64,000 bases of DNA from Longimicrobiales bacterium. GTDB lineage: Bacteria > Gemmatimonadota > Gemmatimonadetes > Longimicrobiales > Gaopeijiaceae. The notes under the pieces were generated by a model that was not told where the DNA came from, did not search any database, and was given only the letters and a program-made list of their open reading frames with translations. The stretch covers positions 3,264,001-3,328,000 of the forward strand of contig OZ241869.1 in assembly GCA_965202805.1 (NCBI GenBank), written 5' to 3'. Shown here piece after piece: positions 20,385-29,359 of this stretch (position 1 is the stretch's first letter; every line of letters begins with the position of its first letter). A program made the translations under genes and the position numbers.

Positions 20385-21215
20385 ATGAAGGTCTTCCTGA
20401 AACGTTTCGCGGGACGTTTCGCGCTCACCTTGACGCTGGTCGTTCTGGAGGCGGCCGGGTGGGTCCTCTTTCCGCTCGTCATCGGCCGCGCCATCGACAG
20501 CGTTCTCGCCAGTTCGGCCCGGGGACTTTACGAACTCGCGATCCTCGGCGTCGCCACCATGGGGATCGCAGTGGTCCGCCGCCTGGTGGACAGCCGGGCC
20601 TACGGGGGCATCTACGCCACGCTGGGCGAAGAGATGGTGGAGGCCGCCGAGGGCACCAGTACCTCGACCCGGACCGCGCGCCTGGGGATGCTCAGGGAGA
20701 TCGTGGAGTTCTTCGAGAATTCCATGCCCGGGCTCATCAACAGCATGCTCGGGTTGGTGGGCACCGTAGTGATCGTTGCGACTCTGAACTTTCGGGTCTT
20801 CCTGGGCTGTCTCGCGGCGGCCGCCGCAACCGTCACCCTCTACGCCCTCACCAGCAGGCTGACCACCCGGTACAACCAGGGGCTCAACGACGAGCACGAA
20901 CGGCAGGTTGACGCCGTCGGCAGCGGCGATCCCGCCCGGCTGGGCAGGCACCTGCGCGCCATGATGCGCTGGAACATCCGTCTCTCCGACCTGGAAGCGG
21001 CCAACTTCGGAATCAACTGGGTGTTCATGATCGCCCTGCTGGTCTTCGCGGTGAGCACCGCGGTGACGGAGGCGCCGGAGTACGGCGCGGTCTTCGCCCT
21101 CGTCATGTACGTGTTCCAGTTCATGGAATCCGTGATGATGCTGCCGCTCTTCTACCAGCAATGGCTGCGGCTTCGAGAGATCTCCGGGAGGCTGGCGAGC
21201 GCGGTTGGGTCGTAG
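20385..21215 (+). CDS. ABC transporter six-transmembrane-domain protein (no NBD)
   Basis: Six hydrophobic segments; PLVIGRAID, RRLVDSRAY and REIVEFFE motifs. Confidence 0.7.
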   Translation: MKVFLKRFAGRFALTLTLVVLEAAGWVLFPLVIGRAIDSVLASSARGLYELAILGVATMGIAVVRRLVDSRAYGGIYATLGEEMVEAAEGTSTSTRTARLGMLREIVEFFENSMPGLINSMLGLVGTVVIVATLNFRVFLGCLAAAAATVTLYALTSRLTTRYNQGLNDEHERQVDAVGSGDPARLGRHLRAMMRWNIRLSDLEAANFGINWVFMIALLVFAVSTAVTEAPEYGAVFALVMYVFQFMESVMMLPLFYQQWLRLREISGRLASAVGS

Positions 21216-21295
21216 GGGCCGGCTGCGGGTGGCGGGTACGCAACGCACCTAACTCGCTTTGTCTGCGGCCCCCGGTCAGGGCGGCGATTCGCCCT

Positions 21296-21310
21296 TTACG
21301 GAATCCGTAA
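21296..21310. promoter_or_regulatory. Palindromic operator upstream of higBA
   Basis: TTACGGA-A-TCCGTAA perfect inverted repeat about 20 bp before the higB ATG. Confidence 0.6.
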
Positions 21311-21331
21311 CACGGCGTAAATTCGGGTCAC

Positions 21332-21610
21332 ATGATACGAAGCTTCAAGGACCGCAGAACGAGGCGTTTCTTCGAGGGGCAGCGTATCCCGGCGTTTCAC
21401 GGGTTCTCCGATCAGGCCGTACGGCGGCTGACTCTGCTGGACAGCGCGGAGACGCTGGGCGACCTTGCCGCGCTGCCGAGCAACCGGTTGGAGGTACTCC
21501 GGGGCGACCGTGTCGGGCAGCACAGCATTCGGATCAACACGCAGTGGCGTATCTGCTTCCGCTGGACCGACCAAGGGCCGAGCGAGGTCGAGATCGTGGA
21601 CTATCACTGA
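21332..21610 (+). CDS. higB: HigB-type (RelE/ParE family) toxin
   Basis: MIRSFKD...PSNRLEVLRGDRVGQHSIRINTQWRICFRW...VEIVDYH. Confidence 0.93.
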   Translation: MIRSFKDRRTRRFFEGQRIPAFHGFSDQAVRRLTLLDSAETLGDLAALPSNRLEVLRGDRVGQHSIRINTQWRICFRWTDQGPSEVEIVDYH

Positions 21611-21621
21611 GGGAGCTTGGC

Positions 21622-21927
21622 ATGAATGCGAAGAACGGCATGAGGCCGGTGCATCCGGGCGAAATCCTGCGTGAGGAACTCCACGAACTCGGATTGTCGG
21701 CCAATGCGTTGTCGAAGGCGCTTGGTGTGCCGGTCAACCGGGTGACGATGATTCTGAACGGCCAGCGGGGCGTGACCGCCGACACGGCGTTGCGGCTGGC
21801 GAGGTATTTCGGGACGACTCCGCAACTCTGGTTGAATCTGCAGAAAACCTGGGAGCTTCGCCGAACGGAGATCGAGGCGGGTCACAAGATCGCCGAGCAG
21901 GTCACGCCCCGGCACGCGGTCGTCTAG
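21622..21927 (+). CDS. higA: HigA family antitoxin (HTH_XRE)
   Basis: MRPVHPGEILREE...GVTADTALRLARYFGTTPQLWLNLQ. Confidence 0.93.
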   Translation: MNAKNGMRPVHPGEILREELHELGLSANALSKALGVPVNRVTMILNGQRGVTADTALRLARYFGTTPQLWLNLQKTWELRRTEIEAGHKIAEQVTPRHAVV

Positions 21928-21948
21928 ATGAGACCAGCCGATCGGCTA

Positions 21949-24900
21949 ATGGCCACAACAACTTACGGGATGGCATCCGCGGTCGTCCTGAGCGCCGCCC
22001 TGACCGCCGCCTCGTGCGCGCCTCCCGGGCCCCGCGCCCGGATCTCCGAGGAGGTGCGCGTCCTCGACACCTATCCGTTCTCCGACCCGAATCCCGTGCC
22101 GGTGCTCGCCACGGACCGCAGGCTGTACCCGTACCACACGTTCGAGGGATACGCCGCGACATCTGAGCCGAGGGAATGGAGGGTCGTGCGCATGGAGAAC
22201 GATCTCGTCGAGGTCTTCGTCCTTCCCGAAGTGGGCGGCAAGGTGTGGGGCGCGGTGGTGAAGGCGACCGGCCACGAATTCATCTACCGGAACGAAGTCA
22301 TGAAATTCCGGGACATCGCCTTGCGCGGGCCGTGGACCTCGGGCGGGATCGAATTCAACTTCGGCGTGATCGGGCACACGCCGGCCACCGCCACCCCCGT
22401 CGACTACGACCTGCGGGAGAACGCGGACGGCAGCGTGAGCGCCATCGTTGGCGCCATGGACCTGCCGTCGCGCACCCCGTGGCGCGTCGAGATCCGCCTG
22501 CCCCCGGATCGGGCCGCCTTCGAGACGCGCGTGCTGTGGCATAATCCGACCTCGCTGGAGCAGCCCTACTACAACTGGATGACGGCGGCGGCCTTCGCGC
22601 AGGACGACCTGGAGTTGTTCGTGCCCGGCAACGCCTACCTGGAGCACTCCGGGCGGGTGCGTCCCTGGCCCGCGGACGAGGATGGGCGCTTCCTGCCTCT
22701 CTACCGCAACAACGCGTTCGGGGGAAGCAAGTCGTACCACGTGGTGGGCGCGCTGAACGACTTCTTCGGCGGCTACTATCACGACGATGGCTACGGCTGG
22801 GGACACTGGGCGCCGCATGAAGAGATGCCCGGGCGCAAGATGTGGCTCTGGGCGCTGTCGCGCGAAGGCGGGATCTGGGAGGACCTCCTCACCGACACGG
22901 ACGGACAGTACGTCGAGTTCCAGGCGGGCCGGCTGCACGTGCAGTACCAGCCGGGGGCGGATCGCAACCCCATCTCGCAGGCCGGGTTCGAGCCGCTCTC
23001 GGCCAGCCGCTGGACCGAGGTATGGTTTCCGCTGGAGGGGACGGGGGGTCTCACGGATGCTTCGCCGCTCGGCGCCCTGCACGTCGAGCAGGAGGATGGC
23101 CGCCTTCGGGTGGTCGTGCAGGCGTTCGGGGCCGCTGCCGACACCGTGAAGGCATGGTCCGGCGGTGAGCAGGTCGCGGCGCGCGCGGTGGCGCTCGAGC
23201 CCCTCCAGCCGGTAGTGGTCGAGTTCGACGTCGCGCCCGATGGCCCGTGGCGGGTTTCGCTGCCCGGACTGGGTCTGGAGGGATGCTCGAATCCGGGCGA
23301 GGCCGGTCTCGGTGGTATTTGCGGACTTGATGGCGACCGCGCGGTGTCCCGGCCGTTTGCGACGAACGCCGAGGCGTGGGATGCCCTCCCGGAAGCGGGT
23401 CGCCTCGTGTTCGAGGCACGGGAGCTGGCGCGTGGCCGCCGCTACCCTGAAGCGCGGGCGCTCTACGAACGGGCGCTCGCAACCGAACCGTGGAACCGGG
23501 AGGCGCTGCTGGGCCTCGGCGCGCTGGCTCTGAGGTCGGCCCGCTACGAGGAGGGCCTCGTGCACGCGCGGCGTGCGCTCCAGCTCGACACGTATGATCC
23601 GGAGGCCAACTTCCTCGCCGGCAACCTGTACCGCGCCCTGGGGCGCCGCGCCGACGCGTACGATTCGTTCGGATGGGCTGCCCGCTCGGTGGCCTTCCGG
23701 GCCGCGTCGCGGATTCGGCTGGCGGAGATGGCGCTCGACGGCGGGGACCTGGCCGAGGCACGCCGCCACGCCGCGCTGGCGCTAGAACACGATCAGGCAA
23801 GCATTCCGGCGCGGGAGGTGCTGGCGATCGCGTCGCGTCTGGCGGGGGACGGGATCGGGGCGGCGCGCGTGCTCGCGGAGTTGCTCGAGTTCGATCCGCT
23901 CAACCATTTCTTCCTGGCCGAACGGTACCTCGCGGCGCGTGACGACCGATACGGAGAGTCCGCGGACGGGGCCGCCGCCCGCCTCGCGGCATCGATGCGG
24001 AGCGAGTATCCGGAGCAGACGCTGCTGGAACTCGCCGTGGGCTACGCGAACCGCGGGCTGCCGGACGATGCTGCGCACCTGCTGGAGCTGGCGGACGAGG
24101 TCGGCGGCGGCCCGGTGGCCATGGCGTGGCGCGCCTTCCTGGCTGACGATGCCGGCATGCTGGGCGCGGGGGTCGATCCGGCTTTCGCCTTCCCCCACCG
24201 GCCCGAGACCTTGCCGGTCCTGCGCTGGGCGGCTGCCGAAGACCCGCACTGGGCCTGGCGCTATCTGCTGGGCCTGAACCTGTGGGCGCTCGACCGCGAC
24301 GCCGAAGCGGCGGACGTGCTGGCAGCCCTCGGCGACGAACCCGACTACGGACCCGCATACGCGGCGCGCGCGCACCTGGCGGAGGCGATGGGCGGCGACC
24401 CGGGGCCGGACTTCCGGCGCGCGGTGGCCGTGGATCCCGGCAGCCGCCTCCTGCACGTCGCCCTCGTCCGGCACCTGCAGGAAGCGGGACACCGGGCGGA
24501 GGCGCTGGACGCGTCCGGTCGAGGCCGGGAACTCTTCCCGGACGACTTCAACCTCGACCTCCTCCATGTGCGCGGGCTCCTCCAGGCGGGCGACCACGGC
24601 GAGGCGATCCGGATTCTGGCGGACACGCATGTCCTTCCCTCGGAGAACGCCCGCGAGAGCCATCGCCTGTACGAGTTCGCGCACGTCGGGGCCGCGCTGG
24701 ACGCACTCGATGCCGGGAATCGCGAGGCCGCCCGCGGCCACCTCGAAACCGCGCTCGAGTGGCCGGAATCGCTCGGTCAGGGCAGACCCTTCGACCCGGA
24801 CGAGCGGCTGGTGCGGTTCCTGCTCGGGGTTGTTGGGGAGGGAGCCGGCGGTGGGCCCGACGCCGAGCCCGTCAGCGCCGAAGCGGTCGCCTCACTGCGC

Positions 24901-25008
24901 GCCCGCGCCGATTCGCTCGCCGGCGCGGCGTCTCCCATTGAAGGGATCGAGCAGGCCCTCATCCGGCGGGCGCTTGCTGCGGCGGCGCGGCGTCTCGCTG
25001 GCGGTTAA
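21949..25008 (+). CDS. DUF5107 domain + TPR-repeat lipoprotein
   Basis: MENDLVEVFVLPEVGGKVW, WTSGGIEFNF and YVEFQAGR motifs; Ala-rich TPR helices in the C-terminal half. Confidence 0.8.
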   Translation: MATTTYGMASAVVLSAALTAASCAPPGPRARISEEVRVLDTYPFSDPNPVPVLATDRRLYPYHTFEGYAATSEPREWRVVRMENDLVEVFVLPEVGGKVWGAVVKATGHEFIYRNEVMKFRDIALRGPWTSGGIEFNFGVIGHTPATATPVDYDLRENADGSVSAIVGAMDLPSRTPWRVEIRLPPDRAAFETRVLWHNPTSLEQPYYNWMTAAAFAQDDLELFVPGNAYLEHSGRVRPWPADEDGRFLPLYRNNAFGGSKSYHVVGALNDFFGGYYHDDGYGWGHWAPHEEMPGRKMWLWALSREGGIWEDLLTDTDGQYVEFQAGRLHVQYQPGADRNPISQAGFEPLSASRWTEVWFPLEGTGGLTDASPLGALHVEQEDGRLRVVVQAFGAAADTVKAWSGGEQVAARAVALEPLQPVVVEFDVAPDGPWRVSLPGLGLEGCSNPGEAGLGGICGLDGDRAVSRPFATNAEAWDALPEAGRLVFEARELARGRRYPEARALYERALATEPWNREALLGLGALALRSARYEEGLVHARRALQLDTYDPEANFLAGNLYRALGRRADAYDSFGWAARSVAFRAASRIRLAEMALDGGDLAEARRHAALALEHDQASIPAREVLAIASRLAGDGIGAARVLAELLEFDPLNHFFLAERYLAARDDRYGESADGAAARLAASMRSEYPEQTLLELAVGYANRGLPDDAAHLLELADEVGGGPVAMAWRAFLADDAGMLGAGVDPAFAFPHRPETLPVLRWAAAEDPHWAWRYLLGLNLWALDRDAEAADVLAALGDEPDYGPAYAARAHLAEAMGGDPGPDFRRAVAVDPGSRLLHVALVRHLQEAGHRAEALDASGRGRELFPDDFNLDLLHVRGLLQAGDHGEAIRILADTHVLPSENARESHRLYEFAHVGAALDALDAGNREAARGHLETALEWPESLGQGRPFDPDERLVRFLLGVVGEGAGGGPDAEPVSAEAVASLRARADSLAGAASPIEGIEQALIRRALAAAARRLAGG

Positions 25009-25088
25009 TGCTGGGGGAATAGAGGCGGACAGGGAGTCGCATGGCGTCGATCGCCAAGGCCGAAACGAATGACTGATGAGGACTCGAA

Positions 25089-25691
25089 GTGAGCGCGCAC
25101 ACACCCGAAGCCCGGTCTTCCACAGCCCTCAGGATCGACCCCGTCTCCGCCGGGGAAGGCATGGGCCGCATAGGAATCACGCTTTGCCCGGGCAAGACCG
25201 ACCGACGCGGAATGACCCGGGCGTGGAAGCGCGACCTGGAGGAGGATCTCGAAGTGATCCACCGCTGGGGGACATCGGCCGTTGTCACCTTGATCACGCA
25301 GAAGGAGATGGAGGACCTCAAGGTGCCGGGTCTCGGTGAGGGCGTTCGCAGCAAAGGGATGGAGTGGTGGCACCTTCCCATTCCGGACGGCCATGTGCCG
25401 GATGAAGACTTCGAAGCGCGGTGGGTGAAGGCGGGGAGGGCGATCCGGAGGCACCTGCGGTGCGGCTGCGATGTCCTGGTTCACTGCAAGGGTGGGCTGG
25501 GTCGGGCGGGGACCATTGCCGCGCGGCTCATGGTGGAACTCGGCACGCCGCCTGAGGATGCCATCAGGCTCGTGCGCGATGCGCGGTCTTGCAAGGCTAT
25601 CGAGACGCCGGAGCAGAAAGCGCACGTAATGGATTGCCGGACGCTGGAAGCTGACTGCGCGGACGCCGCGGCAGACCGCGGTTCAGTGTAG
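25089..25691 (+). CDS. CDKN3-like dual-specificity/tyrosine phosphatase
   Basis: IGITLCPGK, RDLEEDL, HLPIPD, catalytic HCKGGLGRAG and AIET motifs. Confidence 0.88.
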   Translation: MSAHTPEARSSTALRIDPVSAGEGMGRIGITLCPGKTDRRGMTRAWKRDLEEDLEVIHRWGTSAVVTLITQKEMEDLKVPGLGEGVRSKGMEWWHLPIPDGHVPDEDFEARWVKAGRAIRRHLRCGCDVLVHCKGGLGRAGTIAARLMVELGTPPEDAIRLVRDARSCKAIETPEQKAHVMDCRTLEADCADAAADRGSV

Positions 25692-25740
25692 CAATCCGGT
25701 CCACACCCTCGAGGACGGATTGCGTCCAAGGCTGGCTTCG

Positions 25741-25822
25741 TTGCGAAACCACGGTTGATGCGGTTGCAAACACACGGTCAAAAGAATTGCAAAAACACGA
25801 CTGGATTCGTTGCAAAACCACG
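25741..25822 (+). repeat. Four 13-bp direct repeats TTGC(A/G)AA(A/C)(A/C)CACG at exact 23-bp period
   Basis: Copies start at 25741, 25764, 25787 and 25810, immediately upstream of the AAA-DUF4143 gene. Confidence 0.85.
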
Positions 25823-25845
25823 AGCGCTCTGCCATACTTCCAATC

Positions 25846-27123
25846 ATGACACCCGATTCCCCATCGGCATCCGGCTATCGTCCCCGAATCGCCGACCGTG
25901 AACTGACCGAGAGGCTCTCTGCAGCCGGAGCCGTCGTGATCGAAGGGCCGAGGGTCTGCGGCAAGACCACGACGGCCAGGCAGGCGGCGGTGAGCGAAGT
26001 GCTCATGGACGCCGATCCCGCCGTGCGGCAGACGATGGCGGTCGATCCGAGGCTGCTCCTGGAAGGCGCGACTCCGCGACTGATCGATGAGTGGCAGGCC
26101 GAGCCCGACATCTGGAACTACGTGCGGCGCGCCGTCGATGACCGCCCAGGTCTGGGCCACTTCATCCTCACCGGCTCCGCCGTTCCGCCCGACGACATCA
26201 CGCGACATACGGGAGCCGGCCGGATGAGCCGCCTTCGGCTCCGCCCCATGTCGCTGTTCGAACTCGGACGCGCGACGGGGCGGGTTTCCCTGAAGCGAGT
26301 CCTCCACGGAGAGCCCGTGCCGAGCCTGGTTCAGAACCTGCCTCTTCGGGATCTGGCCACGCTGGTTTGCGTCGGTGGCTGGCCCGGGCACTTTCGGCGG
26401 AAGTCCGAAGACCATGCAATGCTGGCCAACCGCGACTACCTGGACGAAATCCGCCGGGTGGACATTCGGCGCGTGGACGGGATCGGCAGGGACCCGGACA
26501 GGGTTGGCCGGTTCCTCCAGGCGCTGGCGCGAAACACGGCTACCTGCGCGTCCCTCGCGACCCTGGCGAGAGACGCGGGCGGTGCGGACCATTCGCTCTC
26601 GGAAGAGACCGCCCGCTCCTACCTTGTTGCCCTCGAACGCCTCATGGTGGTGGAGCACCAGCCACCGTGGGCCCCGCATCTACGGTCTCGATCGCGCCTC
26701 AGGCACGCTCCGAAACGGCACTTCACGGATCCTTCGCTTGCGACCGCGGCGCTGAATGCCCGACCCGGCAACCTCATGAAGGACATCCCGTGGTTCGGAT
26801 TGCTCTTCGAATCAATGGTCGTTCGAGACCTGCGTGCGTACGCTCAGGCGATGGACGCGCGCGTCTACCACTATCGCGACAACACGGGCCTGGAGGTCGA
26901 CGCGATCGTGGATGCCGGTCCCGGCCGATGGGCCGCGTTCGAGGTGAAGCTGGGCCAGGGACGAATCGACGAAGCGGCTGCCGCGCTTCTAACGTTTGCA
27001 GACCGTGTGGACACGGCTCGAAGCGGTCGGCCGGCGGCGCTCGCGATCATCACCGGCAGCGGCTACGGATACCAGCGGCCGGATGGCGTGGGCGTGATTC
27101 CCGTGGGGGCGCTGGGGCCGTGA
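25846..27123 (+). CDS. AAA_14/DUF4143 ATP-binding protein
   Basis: YRPRIAD, IEGPRVCGKTT, LIDEWQ, LTGSA, HTGAGR and YHYRDNTGLEVDAIV motifs. Confidence 0.9.
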   Translation: MTPDSPSASGYRPRIADRELTERLSAAGAVVIEGPRVCGKTTTARQAAVSEVLMDADPAVRQTMAVDPRLLLEGATPRLIDEWQAEPDIWNYVRRAVDDRPGLGHFILTGSAVPPDDITRHTGAGRMSRLRLRPMSLFELGRATGRVSLKRVLHGEPVPSLVQNLPLRDLATLVCVGGWPGHFRRKSEDHAMLANRDYLDEIRRVDIRRVDGIGRDPDRVGRFLQALARNTATCASLATLARDAGGADHSLSEETARSYLVALERLMVVEHQPPWAPHLRSRSRLRHAPKRHFTDPSLATAALNARPGNLMKDIPWFGLLFESMVVRDLRAYAQAMDARVYHYRDNTGLEVDAIVDAGPGRWAAFEVKLGQGRIDEAAAALLTFADRVDTARSGRPAALAIITGSGYGYQRPDGVGVIPVGALGP

Positions 27124-27152
27124 GGAAGAGGTCGGCCCACTACCTGCTGGCG

Positions 27153-29195
27153 CTATCCCCCCACCGGCTCCGGCACCCGCGCCAGCGCGCGCGCCTTCGC
27201 CACCACAGCCTCCGCCGTGATCCCGAACTTCTCGAACAGCACGGCGCCCGGAGCCGACGCCCCGAAATGGTCGATGCCGACCGAGGCGCCCCGGTCGCCG
27301 GTCCAGCGAGGCCAGCTCGCGGTGCTCCCGGCTTCCACCGAAACGCGGGCCGTGACTTCGGGCGGTAGCACCGCGGCCCGGTAACTCCGCAGCTGGCGGG
27401 CGAACAGGAACCAGCTGGGTAGCGAGACCACCCGGGTCGGCACGCCTTCCGCCTGCAGCACCGCCCGCGCCTGCACCGCCACCCCCACCTCCGAGCCGCT
27501 TGCGATGAGGATCACTTCCGGGTCGCCGCCGTCGGCCTCAAGCAGAACGTAGCCGCCCCGGTGCAGCCCGCTTGCGGGTGCGGCCACGTCGCGGTCGATG
27601 GTCGCCACCGCCTGGCGGGTGAGCGCGAGGAAGCTCGGCCCTTCGGTGTAGGCGAGGGCCGCGCGCCACGCCTCGGCCGTCTCGGGCCCGTCGCCGGGGC
27701 GCAGGTCGAGCACGCCCGGGATGGCGCGCAGGGACGCCAGCTGCTCGATGGGCTGGTGGGTGGGGCCGTCCTCACCCACGCCGATGCTGTCGTGGGTGAA
27801 CACGTAGGTGGCGGGCACGCGCATGAGCGCCGCCAGCCGGATCGACGGCCGCATGTAGTCCGAGAAGATCAGGAAGGTGCCCCCGTACGGACGCACGCCC
27901 CCGTGGAGCGCCATCCCGTTCAGGATGCCCCCCATGGCGTGCTCGCGGACGCCGAAGTGGATTGTGCGCCCGCCCGGCGTCCCGGGCAGAAGGTTGTCCT
28001 CCCAGGGCAGGGTCGTCTTGTTGGAGCCGGCCAGGTCGGCCGAGCCGCCCAGCAGGTTGGGGATGCGCCGCCCCAGCCCCTGGAGCACCTGCCCGGAGTA
28101 CACGCGGGTCGCGAGCGGCTTCGGCGGCGCGCTCAGCTCGGGGATGTCCGCGTCCCATCCGGCCGGCAACTCGCCCGCCAGCGCCGTGCGCAACTCCTCG
28201 GCCGCGGCGGGATGCGCCGCCCGGTAGGCCGTCCACCGCGCCCGCCACGCCTCCTCCAGCCCCGCCCCCCGCGCCGCCGTCTCCCGCCAGTGCGCCAGCG
28301 CTTCCGGCTCCACGTGGAAGGGGTCGGCCGACGGGTAGTCCAGGTTGCGCTTGGTCGCGTCCACCTCCTCCACCCCCAGCGGCGCTCCGTGCGACGACGA
28401 CGACCCCGCCTTGCCGGGGCTGCCGTACCCGATGGTGGTGCGCACGATCACCAGCGACGGCCGCTCCACCTCCGCGCGCGCCCCCGCCAGCGCCGCGTCC
28501 AGCGCGGCCAGGTCGGTGCCGTCCTCCACGCGGCGCACGTCCCACCCGTACGCCCGGAAGCGCTGTTCGTGGTCGGTGGAGCACGAGAGGTCCGTCCCGC
28601 CGTCGATGGTGACGTGGTTGTCGTCGAACACCCAGATCAGCTTGCCCAGCCGCTGGTGGCCCGCGAACTCGGCCGCCTCGTGCGAGATGCCCTCCATGAG
28701 ATCGCCGTCCGAGCACAGCGCCCAGGTGTGATGGTCCACCACCGCGTGCCCGGGGCGGTTGAACCGGTGCGCCAGCCAGCGTTCCGCGAGCGCCATCCCC
28801 ACGGAATTGGCGACCCCCTGACCCAGCGGGCCGGTCGTGGTTTCGACTCCCGCCGTGTGCCCGTACTCCGGATGCCCGGGCGTCCGCGATCCCCACTGCC
28901 GGAAGTTCCGGATCTCCTCCAGCGGCAGGTCGTACCCGGTCAGGTGCAGGAGCGAGTAGATGAGCATGGAGGCGTGCCCGGCAGACAGCACGAAGCGGTC
29001 CCGGTTGCTCCACTCCGGGTTCGCCGGGTTGTGGTGCAAATGCCGCGTCCACAGCAGGTAGCCGACGGGTGCCAGCCCCATGGGTGCCCCCGGATGCCCG
29101 GAGTTGGCCTCCTGAACGGCATCCATGGAGAGCACGCGCACGGCGTCGACCGCCAGGCGCGAGAGTGCGGGGTCCGGAAGCGGGGAAGCGGGCAT
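27153..29195 (-). CDS. tkt: Transketolase
   Basis: [35 protein letters not shown] and [16 protein letters not shown] motifs. Confidence 0.97.
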   Translation of the reverse strand: MPASPLPDPALSRLAVDAVRVLSMDAVQEANSGHPGAPMGLAPVGYLLWTRHLHHNPANPEWSNRDRFVLSAGHASMLIYSLLHLTGYDLPLEEIRNFRQWGSRTPGHPEYGHTAGVETTTGPLGQGVANSVGMALAERWLAHRFNRPGHAVVDHHTWALCSDGDLMEGISHEAAEFAGHQRLGKLIWVFDDNHVTIDGGTDLSCSTDHEQRFRAYGWDVRRVEDGTDLAALDAALAGARAEVERPSLVIVRTTIGYGSPGKAGSSSSHGAPLGVEEVDATKRNLDYPSADPFHVEPEALAHWRETAARGAGLEEAWRARWTAYRAAHPAAAEELRTALAGELPAGWDADIPELSAPPKPLATRVYSGQVLQGLGRRIPNLLGGSADLAGSNKTTLPWEDNLLPGTPGGRTIHFGVREHAMGGILNGMALHGGVRPYGGTFLIFSDYMRPSIRLAALMRVPATYVFTHDSIGVGEDGPTHQPIEQLASLRAIPGVLDLRPGDGPETAEAWRAALAYTEGPSFLALTRQAVATIDRDVAAPASGLHRGGYVLLEADGGDPEVILIASGSEVGVAVQARAVLQAEGVPTRVVSLPSWFLFARQLRSYRAAVLPPEVTARVSVEAGSTASWPRWTGDRGASVGIDHFGASAPGAVLFEKFGITAEAVVAKARALARVPEPVGG

Positions 29196-29233
29196 TTCAG
29201 CCTTTCCTCAGGGTGCGGGAGCGGGCGGGGGAG

Positions 29234-29278
29234 ACGCGAAATACGCAAAATGCGTAAATTGTGTAAAATGCGTAATCG
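29234..29278. repeat. Degenerate 9-bp AT-rich tandem repeat (x5) upstream of tkt
   Basis: ACGCGAAAT ACGCAAAAT GCGTAAATT GTGTAAAAT GCGTAATCG. Confidence 0.7.
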
Positions 29279-29359
29279 ACGGATGGCGCCGTGGTGGCGG
29301 GTCGAATCGGCAGACGAGGGTTCGCGCGGCGCGGCCGCGTGTCGGGGAGGAAACCAACC

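Noticed and set aside
25741..25822. Repeat-spacer pattern as a mini CRISPR array
   Set aside because: The 13-bp repeats and 10-bp spacers are far too short, and no cas genes are present.
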